A DNA stretch of 64,000 nt, from NCBI GenBank assembly GCA_902495705.1, contig CABUXT010000008.1, positions 2,247 to 66,246 of the forward strand, given 5' to 3'. Positions 57,724 to 64,000 of the stretch are shown here, piece by piece (positions within the stretch are counted from its first letter, which is position 1; each line of letters starts with the position of its first letter). Source of the DNA: an uncultured cyanobacterium. GTDB lineage: Bacteria > Cyanobacteriota > Vampirovibrionia > Gastranaerophilales > Gastranaerophilaceae. The translations under genes were made by a program, and so were the position numbers. The notes beneath the pieces were generated by a model. It worked only from the letters and a program-made list of their open reading frames with translations, was not told the origin of the DNA and searched no databases.

Positions 57724-58008
57724 CTAGATTCTGTTGTTCCAAACACCGCCTTGTCTGTCAATCAAAGCATCATAACAAGACCAAATTCTAAATACACCGG
57801 TCAAACCAAGAATAGCATGTGTTGCGTTTTTGCTGTAGCTTTGGTCGTTTACTGCTTGACCTAACCCCGGCCAAATAAGTAGAGACAACGCAGCTGCACC
57901 AACTGACCTTCCGCTAACTTTACCATTAACACCATGAGTTCCGGCAAATGCAGGCATACCCATTGCTAACATTGATAACATAATTACTGATAATACTAAT
58001 TTTTTCAT
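57724..58008 (-). CDS. small exported/membrane protein
   Basis: Signal peptide MKKLVLSVIMLSMLAMGMPAFA, then a hydrophobic LSLLIWPGLGQ segment. Confidence 0.6.
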   Translation of the reverse strand: MKKLVLSVIMLSMLAMGMPAFAGTHGVNGKVSGRSVGAAALSLLIWPGLGQAVNDQSYSKNATHAILGLTGVFRIWSCYDALIDRQGGVWNNRI

Positions 58009-58039
58009 ACTTTTCCCTTCTTTCTTTATTTTTAATTAT

Positions 58040-58408
58040 CTATAGGACTAAAATAACATATTGAAATGACATAGTTTTTCCTTTATAATTCGGTGGAAAT
58101 TTCCCAAATGGAGCAGCTTTATACAAAGCTTTAACTGCAGAATCATCATATCTCTTTAAACCAGAGGAGTCTATAATTCTATGTTCTATTACGTTGCCAT
58201 TTTTGTCTAGTGTAAATGCTATGTTAATTGATTTATCTTGACTTTTGGTAGTAGCCGGTTTTCTCCAGCATTTGATAAATTGTTTTTTTACATTGTTTTC
58301 AAAATATTCATGTCGTAGTTGTTCGTCGATAGTTGAGTAATATTCTGTTGCTGTCGCAATACTACTAAATACCAACAATATACCAATAACCGCTAAAAAC
58401 TTTTTCAT
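58040..58408 (-). CDS. TolA/TonB C-terminal-domain protein
   Basis: Signal/anchor helix. NIAFTLDKNGNVIEHRIIDSSGLKRYDDSAVKALYKAAPF resembles the TonB_C/TolA_C fold signature. Confidence 0.5.
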   Translation of the reverse strand: MKKFLAVIGILLVFSSIATATEYYSTIDEQLRHEYFENNVKKQFIKCWRKPATTKSQDKSINIAFTLDKNGNVIEHRIIDSSGLKRYDDSAVKALYKAAPFGKFPPNYKGKTMSFQYVILVL

Positions 58409-58451
58409 AATCCCTCAAAAAATCTTATTCTATATATAAAATATAATAAAG

Positions 58452-58895
58452 TCTATCCAAGGGCAAGTATTTTAATGTTATCCTGAATCTTTAATCAATC
58501 AAAAAAGTCATTGTCATTCTGAAAGCTTAGAAAAATTAGGCGAATGGAATGAGGCTAAATTTTTCTAGCTATTCAGAATCTATCAATGTTGATTTTGTCG
58601 GCATAGCAATGCCGACCTACATAAGCTTAAATTGTAGGTCGGCTTTACCAAGCCGACAAATTTTAACAGGTGGGCTAGTGAGCCCACCCTACTTTTAACT
58701 CTGTATGTAACCCTGAACTTGATTCAGGGTCTATCCATTTGATTGATAAGTAATACACAAAGGTCAATTTTTAAAAACAACATTGATATATTCTGTATAG
58801 GATAAAATCTAAGCCAAGCAAGCCTACAAGATTTTAAATCCTTTCAGAATGACTTATTGTCGCCCATCCGCCCACAAGGGGCGGATATCTTGACC
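58452..58895. repeat. repeat cluster 11 (module C/B hybrid, three GC hairpins, linker hairpin, module B reversed, GC hairpin)
   Basis: C-type 58513..58596, GTCGGC hairpins 58597..58657, GGTGGGCTAGTGAGCCCACC 58669..58688, module B 58773..58853. Confidence 0.85.
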
Positions 58896-58931
58896 TATTT
58901 GTTTGTTACGCCCTTTAACTTAACATATCCT

Positions 58932-59471
58932 TTATTCATCAGTCTTTTCCTCTTCAATCGGAATTGTGATAATGTAATAATTCCCATTTGTCTCTTTTGT
59001 TAAATCTTGCAATTTCACATTGTCCCCAAACATATAATTCTGTTGAAATTCAGAAATTTGCTCGTTATTTTTCGCCTTTCTGATTGAACGTCCGACAATT
59101 GTCAAAATATTGCCGTTTGCACTGACTTGAACATTGTTTTCATTGTTGTCAAATGCCCTCAAATCAATGTATACTCGGTAAAAATTATCTGTTTGTTGCA
59201 TGTGGATGATGTTTCCTGATTTGCGCATCTCTTTTTTGAACATATTGTCCATTGAGCGCATTTCCTTTTTCATTGCATGCTCCATTTTACGCGGTGCGAA
59301 ATCTCTCATCATTGTTTTGAAATGCCAATCTGCAACGACATAAAATGCGCAAAATGCCCCCAGAAAAATTAATATCCCTGTGCAAATAGCTTTCATAATC
59401 GGATGGTTTGCACACATTGCACCCTCTTTTACTTTTACTATAGTTTCTTCGGTCTTTTGATTTTCTTCCAT
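58932..59471 (-). CDS. membrane-anchored alpha-crystallin (Hsp20)-like domain protein
   Basis: ATG at 59471 with AAAGGAG SD. TM helix AICTGILIFLGAFCAFYVV. C-terminal FYRVYIDLRAFDNNENNVQVSANGNILTIVG resembles the ACD beta-sandwich core. Confidence 0.45.
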   Translation of the reverse strand: MEENQKTEETIVKVKEGAMCANHPIMKAICTGILIFLGAFCAFYVVADWHFKTMMRDFAPRKMEHAMKKEMRSMDNMFKKEMRKSGNIIHMQQTDNFYRVYIDLRAFDNNENNVQVSANGNILTIVGRSIRKAKNNEQISEFQQNYMFGDNVKLQDLTKETNGNYYIITIPIEEEKTDE

Positions 59472-59605
59472 ATTAGCTCCTTTCAATTTTATTTTCTCTC
59501 TTTAAATACTTTTAACAATATCAAGTTGGGTAATATGATTAAGGTAGTTTTCACTTGATAAAAGATTTATGATATGTTATAATGGCGGCAAGAAAGGGTT
59601 AGTTT

Positions 59606-59794
59606 ATGGCTAAAATTTTAGTAACCATGCCTGATGAGTTTCTTAATAAGGTAGATGGTCTTGCAGATAAAGAAAGTTGTTCAAGAAGTGAATTGATTAG
59701 GGAAGCTTTGAGAAATTATATGCGCAGAGTTTCAAAACAGCAATTGCAAAATGCTTCCAAAAATGCAGAGATTTTAGAAGAAATTTTAAGCTAA
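59606..59794 (+). CDS. CopG/ribbon-helix-helix family protein
   Basis: KILVTMPDEFLNKVD...RSELIREALRNYM is a typical RHH N-terminal strand plus two helices. Confidence 0.75.
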   Translation: MAKILVTMPDEFLNKVDGLADKESCSRSELIREALRNYMRRVSKQQLQNASKNAEILEEILS

Positions 59795-59842
59795 CAATCC
59801 TTTAGTGTAGCGAATTGCTGTTAATCAGCGGAATAAATAAAT

Positions 59843-60487
59843 ATGCATATACCCAAAATTACAGGACTAAAAACAAGAGTCGGAATACTTGCAACTGCAG
59901 GTCCGGTGTTGTTTGCCACTGCTCCAAGTATTATAAAGGCTCAAAAATCAGATACATTTGAAAGAACCACAAAGTTAGAACAGGTTGACTCTTTGGCGTT
60001 TCCTAGTGCAAAAGGTAGTGATAGTGCAAAGTTTTTGGCAAATGCACCAAGTCCGAAAGTAACCGTGACAGGTGAAAAGAAATTGGCTACAATTGTTGTC
60101 GATTTGGCAAAAAATATTTTGTATCACTATAATGAAGAGGGCAAAGCGATATTTGCCTATCGAATTGCAAGCGGAAAAGCAGGCTGTGATACCGAAACAG
60201 GGCTTAGAGTTGTTAGCCATGTTGAGACTTTTCCTTATAATACCGCACCAAAAACGACCAAACGTCGCAAAGCTCCTTGGAGCTATGGACCGAAGATTAT
60301 TTGCTTGGAAAAGCTTAATCCATCAACAGGCGAAAAAAGTTTGACAGGTGAATTTATCCACGGAAACAATGATCCGTCAAGTATCGGCAAATACGCGTCA
60401 CAAGGTTGCATGCGCATGGATAACGAAATTATTGTAAAACTTTCTAAACTGGTAAAACGCGGAAACCTTGTTTTGATTAAAAGGTAG
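59843..60487 (+). CDS. L,D-transpeptidase (YkuD domain)
   Basis: IHGNNDPSSIGKYASQGCMRMDN contains the His...Gly-Cys-hydrophobic-Arg-hydrophobic YkuD active-site motif (here GCMRM). Confidence 0.82.
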   Translation: MHIPKITGLKTRVGILATAGPVLFATAPSIIKAQKSDTFERTTKLEQVDSLAFPSAKGSDSAKFLANAPSPKVTVTGEKKLATIVVDLAKNILYHYNEEGKAIFAYRIASGKAGCDTETGLRVVSHVETFPYNTAPKTTKRRKAPWSYGPKIICLEKLNPSTGEKSLTGEFIHGNNDPSSIGKYASQGCMRMDNEIIVKLSKLVKRGNLVLIKR

Positions 60488-60520
60488 TTAGTGATTGTTT
60501 TAAAATTTTGAAAAATTCAA

Positions 60521-60548
60521 TTGAAATTTTATTCTTTTGTTATATACT
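60521..60548 (+). promoter_or_regulatory. sigma70-like promoter upstream of the ferredoxin gene
   Basis: TTGAAA, 16 nt spacer, TATACT. Confidence 0.3.
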
Positions 60549-60597
60549 TTTGTTGTGGAAGTTTGTTCCACATGATGTAAAATAAGGAGAAATAAAA

Positions 60598-60774
60598 ATG
60601 ACAGTTAAAGTTAATGATGAATGTATCGCTTGTGGCGCTTGTGAATCAATTTGCGACGCAGTATTTTCAATTGAAGACAAAGCAGTTGTAGACGAATCTG
60701 CAGTTGCTGATAACATCGATGCAGTTAAAGAAGCTGCAGATGCTTGCCCAGTTGGCGCAATTGAAGTTGAATAA
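60598..60774 (+). CDS. small 4Fe-4S (mono-cluster) ferredoxin
   Basis: 58-aa ORF below the track cutoff: MTVKVNDECIACGACESIC...ACPVGAIEVE (CxxCxxC...CP). AAGGAGA SD upstream and a hairpin terminator downstream. Confidence 0.85.
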   Translation: MTVKVNDECIACGACESICDAVFSIEDKAVVDESAVADNIDAVKEAADACPVGAIEVE

Positions 60775-60799
60775 TTAGAAAAACTCAATTAGAATTTTT

Positions 60800-60836
60800 A
60801 ACCGACCAAGTCTTGATAGGCTTGGTTGGTTTTTTG
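60800..60836 (+). terminator. intrinsic terminator after the ferredoxin gene
   Basis: AACCGACCAAG-tcttgatagg-CTTGGTTGGTT followed by TTTTG. Confidence 0.75.
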
Positions 60837-60847
60837 TGGTTCTTTTT

Positions 60848-61314
60848 TGTCATGCTGAGTTTGTTTTAGTAGGTCGGCATTGCTATGCCGACAAGCAAGG
60901 GTGTCATTCTGAAAGGATTAAAAATCTTGCCAACTTGCTTGGCTTAGATTTTATCCTATTCAGAATCTATCAATGCTGATTTTGAAAAGCATACATGTCA
61001 CCCTGAATTTATTTCAGGGTCTCAAATATTACAAATTTTACATAAGATTAATATGTTTTATTAGAGATGCTGAAACAAGTTCAGCATGACTAAAATCAAA
61101 TGGATAGACCCTGAATCACCGAGTAGGAACAGAATATTACGTTTCGATTTCATCTCAACTCATATTCTAGTCAGTTCAGGGTGACACATAGAGTTAAAAG
61201 TAGGGTGGGCTCACTAGCCCACCTTTAAACAAAAATCCATATCGGCTTGGTAAAGCCGACCTACAATATTAACTGCCTGTCATCCTGTCCTCTTGCCTTC
61301 TGAGCCCTCTTGTC
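60848..61314. repeat. repeat cluster 12 (GTCGGC hairpin, module B, module F, module E reversed, GC hairpins reversed, C-rich terminus)
   Basis: Module B 60903..60983, F 60997..61090, E 61107..61185. 61191..61224 is the reverse complement of 58668..58701. The terminus abuts the pilin-like stop at 61315. Confidence 0.85.
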
Positions 61315-62082
61315 CTACCACGGATAACTTTTATCAATATTCCAACCTGCGCGGCGAATTTTTTCGGCACAATACTCTCCATTGCCATTCTTGTTGCAAC
61401 TATTGTTCACATCATCGTTGGATTTGTCATACCCTGCCGGAAAAACTCCTTTGTCTTCAACTCTTTCCAGTGCAAAAACATCCCGTCCCCAGCGATTTGG
61501 CTTTGCGCTTCCATTAAGGTCAACAAGGACTCTGCTTGCAGGTTTTGTAAATCCTGTATTATCTACAACATCATAATAAGCTGTATAAATCACATAAGTA
61601 AATCCATCCATTGTGGTGATACCGATTCTTGCATTACCATTTATTATATTTGAACCTGTATTTGCACCGTTTGGTTGTGTCATTGGATTTATGTTATCGT
61701 AACCACATTGGTCATAAGTCGTACAAATCGAATTGATTTTTATAAACGGTGCCCAATATTTTTCGACATACTTTGGTGCACCAAGTGCCAATGCTTCATT
61801 TGGCGTAACATCACCCAATTCGTCAAACGACATTTTGTATGCTTGATTAAAAACCGAAATTGCCCTTTGCAATTTTGTCACTGTTTCGCGTTGCTGATTT
61901 TTTGCCATTAGGTTTGGAATAGTCATTGCCGCAACAACTCCAATAATCCCAAGAGTGATAAGAACTTCCGCAAGTGTAAATCCAAATTTCACTTTGTTTG
62001 GTGGCAAATTTACGTGCGTAGCACCCTCGGCTAAAGTGAAACCAAAATTTACCTTTGTTGTATGATTTTTAATTAAAAACAT
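61315..62082 (-). CDS. pilin/pseudopilin-like protein with duplicated leader motif
   Basis: KVNFGFTLAEG...KVKFG|FTLAEVLITLGIIGVVAAMTIP. GGAGA SD 6 nt before the ATG at 62082. C-terminus YCAEKIRRAGWNIDKSYPW. Confidence 0.8.
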   Translation of the reverse strand: MFLIKNHTTKVNFGFTLAEGATHVNLPPNKVKFGFTLAEVLITLGIIGVVAAMTIPNLMAKNQQRETVTKLQRAISVFNQAYKMSFDELGDVTPNEALALGAPKYVEKYWAPFIKINSICTTYDQCGYDNINPMTQPNGANTGSNIINGNARIGITTMDGFTYVIYTAYYDVVDNTGFTKPASRVLVDLNGSAKPNRWGRDVFALERVEDKGVFPAGYDKSNDDVNNSCNKNGNGEYCAEKIRRAGWNIDKSYPW

Positions 62083-62100
62083 GAATATTTCTCCGAAATT

Positions 62101-62230
62101 TAAACTATTTATTTATAAAGTATAAACTATTTATTTTAATTAATCAATATATTTAAACTTTTTATTTATTTTGCAAATTCCAAATGTCATTCATAATTTA
62201 CTAAAAAGAAGGAAAATTTATGAATGACAT
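62101..62230. promoter_or_regulatory. three direct TAAACT(A/T)TTTATTT repeats plus an 11-bp inverted repeat that includes the XRE start codon
   Basis: TAAACTATTTATTTA, TAAACTATTTATTTTA and TAAACTTTTTATTTATTTT. ATGTCATTCAT (62184..62194) pairs with ATGAATGACAT (62220..62230), enclosing the SD. Confidence 0.3.
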
Positions 62231-62546
62231 CAAAACACTTGTTGGGCAACGCATCAAAACCATAAGAAAAAATCGTAAATACACGCAAGAGCAACTGGCT
62301 GAATTGATAGGAATTGAGCCACAGAGCTTGAGTTATATGGAAACAGGCAAATTTTCGCCATCCCCTGATACGTTGCAAAAACTTGGAGAAGTTTTGAAGG
62401 TTCAACCTTATGAATTTTATTATTTTGAACAAATAAGTGAAAAAGAGATGGAAAACACAGTAGTTGATGTTATCAAAAGAGATAAAAAATTTCTAAAAAT
62501 AGTCTATAATTTGTATAAATCAATGCAGTATGACTTAGGGAAATAA
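62220..62546 (+). CDS. XRE-family HTH transcriptional regulator
   Basis: VGQRIKTIRKNRKYTQEQLAELIGIEPQSLSYMETGK is a classic Cro/C1-type HTH. Confidence 0.85.
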   Translation: MNDIKTLVGQRIKTIRKNRKYTQEQLAELIGIEPQSLSYMETGKFSPSPDTLQKLGEVLKVQPYEFYYFEQISEKEMENTVVDVIKRDKKFLKIVYNLYKSMQYDLGK

Positions 62547-62561
62547 TTAGGATTTAAAACA

Positions 62562-62590
62562 AAGGTGCGCTAGTAATGCGCACCTTGTTT
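62562..62590. terminator. hairpin between convergent XRE and deoB genes
   Basis: AAGGTGCGC-tagtaat-GCGCACCTT with A/T-rich flanks. Confidence 0.65.
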
Positions 62591-62598
62591 ATAATAAA

Positions 62599-63777
62599 TT
62601 AGAATAACCAATTTTTAACTTGTTGAGCAATCATATCAAAACCGACAATTTCGCCCAAATTACCTTTTGAAGGCAATGATTTTGAATATATTAATACAGG
62701 AACTTTTTCTCTGGTGTGGTCTGTTCCTGCTACAGTCGGGTCACAACCGTGGTCAGCTGTCACAAATAACAAATCATCATCTGCCATTGCATCCATGATT
62801 GGTTTTAAGTAGGTATCAATCTCTTCAATGGCATTACCATAGCCTTTCGCGTCGTTTCTGTGACCGTACAACATATCAGTATCAACAAGGTTAGTAAAAA
62901 TCAATTCCTTATCGTTATAATTTTTACCTTTTTCATACGCGATATCTTCAAGTGGTAATTCACGTTTTACGGCTTTTAGTGTAAGTTCCAAACCTTCTTT
63001 ATTTGAACCTGTGTGGATGGCATGGGTAATTCCGTATTTTGAGAAAATATCTTCAATTTTACCAATGCCGACAACTTTTCCGCCGTTGTCTTTAATTTCG
63101 TTCAAAACAGTTGGTTCAACAGGTTCAATTGAGTAGTCTCTGCGGTCTTTTGAAATTCTTGTAGGTTTGCCGTCAATAATTTTATAAGGACGAGCAATGA
63201 CTCTTGAAACATAATAATTGCCGTCTGTCAAAATTTTTCTTGCAATTCGACACCATTCATAAAGTGTTTCTAACGGAATTAAATCAGTATCTACAGCGAT
63301 TTGGAATACGCTATCTGCTGAAGTGTAAACGATTGGGAATTTTGTGGCATGGTGTTCCTCATTTAATTCTGCAATGATAGCTGTGCCACTAGCCGGACGG
63401 TTTGCCAAAACTCCGCCGCAATTTGTTTCACTGACGAATTTGTCAATAAGTTCAGGTGGAAAACCGTTTGGAAATGTTGCAAAAGGTCTATCCAAAACAA
63501 TTCCTGTCATTTCCCAGTGACCTGTTGTAGTATCTTTTCCTTTTGACTTTTCAACTAATGTTGCATAAGTTGCAATCGGATTTTCTTCTTTTTTTATACC
63601 CATAAAGTCTTGAATATTGCCTAAACCCATTTTTTCAAGGTTTGGAACATTCAAACCGTTATTAAATTCGCAAACATGCTTTAGTGTGTTACATTCAGGA
63701 ATATCGCCGAAATCACGGCAATCAGGCATTGCCCCTATTCCCATTGAATCAATTACCATAATAATTGCTCTTGACAT
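62599..63777 (-). CDS. deoB: phosphopentomutase
   Basis: IIMVIDSMGIGAMPD N-terminus, and TADHGCDPT and GTDHTREKVP metal-site motifs. Confidence 0.93.
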   Translation of the reverse strand: MSRAIIMVIDSMGIGAMPDCRDFGDIPECNTLKHVCEFNNGLNVPNLEKMGLGNIQDFMGIKKEENPIATYATLVEKSKGKDTTTGHWEMTGIVLDRPFATFPNGFPPELIDKFVSETNCGGVLANRPASGTAIIAELNEEHHATKFPIVYTSADSVFQIAVDTDLIPLETLYEWCRIARKILTDGNYYVSRVIARPYKIIDGKPTRISKDRRDYSIEPVEPTVLNEIKDNGGKVVGIGKIEDIFSKYGITHAIHTGSNKEGLELTLKAVKRELPLEDIAYEKGKNYNDKELIFTNLVDTDMLYGHRNDAKGYGNAIEEIDTYLKPIMDAMADDDLLFVTADHGCDPTVAGTDHTREKVPVLIYSKSLPSKGNLGEIVGFDMIAQQVKNWLF

Positions 63778-63910
63778 AAGAAACCCCCTTTTTGCTAATA
63801 TTTTAACACGAAAATTTATTATAGCATTTGCAATTTAATAGTGTTTGTAATACATTTTACCTGTATAGTAAATTATTATGGTCAGTTTATAGAAAAGGAG
63901 GATGTTTTAT

Positions 63911-64000
63911 ATGGAAACATTTGGTATCGAAAAATTCGGCATCATTGGACCAAAGGCGGTATATCGTAACTTGAGTCCTGCACAATTGACAGAGGCAGCT
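63911..64000 (+). CDS. pckA: 5' end of probable ATP-dependent phosphoenolpyruvate carboxykinase (truncated by the window)
   Basis: AGGAGG SD, then METFGIEKFGIIGPKAVYRNLSPAQLTEAA, which resembles PckA N-termini (..NLS..L.E.A). Only 30 codons are visible. Confidence 0.45.
   Translation, partial: METFGIEKFGIIGPKAVYRNLSPAQLTEAA

Noticed and set aside
59606-59794. RHH protein as the antitoxin of a type II TA pair
   Set aside because: No small toxin ORF is adjacent or overlapping. The next gene, 49 nt downstream, is a 214-aa L,D-transpeptidase with its own signal-like N-terminus.
16705-61314. Could the repeat clusters be CRISPR arrays?
   Set aside because: There is no regular repeat-spacer periodicity. 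Modules differ in length (about 25 to 94 nt), occur in both orientations and are themselves the repeated units. No cas genes are in the window.
54066-62082. Recent gene conversion or antigenic-variation switching between the two inverted pilin-like paralogues
   Set aside because: The coding sequences differ at most synonymous positions where I compared them (the N-terminal helix region), so there are no long identical tracts to support frequent homologous exchange. Only the 3' repeat junction is near-identical.

Overview
AT-rich, densely coding chromosomal window from a diderm bacterium: BamA, Skp, a GT9 heptosyltransferase and a TolA/TonB-type domain are all present. The pilin N-termini (GFTLAEVLITLGIIG) and the PPi-dependent PFK suggest a Melainabacteria/Elusimicrobia-like gut lineage, but that is only a guess. 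I support about 70 protein genes. Most are housekeeping: eno, a type I-beta DAHP synthase, the minus-strand block holA-holB-plsY-proB-proA-tyrA, murC-murB-ddl-ftsQ-polyprenyl synthase-lepB, mfd, panE, pfp, grpE-dnaJ, speE, udp, skp-bamA, rsmI/rsmD, thiL-ispD, leuS, deoB and the start of a probable pckA. I did not recognise any rRNA, tRNA, CRISPR array, transposase, integrase or reverse transcriptase. Five things stand out.

1. Twelve intergenic clusters of a modular, hairpin-forming repeat family lie between 16.7 and 61.3 kb. Their units are GTCAYYCTGAA...TTCAGRRTGAC hairpins with invariant arms and variable tips. Some clusters are bounded by purine-rich inverted termini, and no transposase is nearby.
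2. The left 7 kb is a visibly more AT-rich accessory block. It opens inside a long ORF that is followed by tandemly duplicated polytopic membrane genes and a gene stump. The block also holds an atypical kinase-fold protein.
3. A soluble protein fuses DUF4177 and a coiled coil to a FlhA-type cytoplasmic domain, with no export-gate membrane domain.
4. There are three pilin-like genes. Two belong to inverted XRE-pilin cassettes and carry unusually long leaders with a duplicated cleavage motif.
5. Smaller items include a HigB/HigA pair with an operator palindrome, a purine-rich terminator-capped 3' region, and a protein with four LPEV(E/V)IV repeats.

All functional calls come from motif recognition by eye, and no database search was run.
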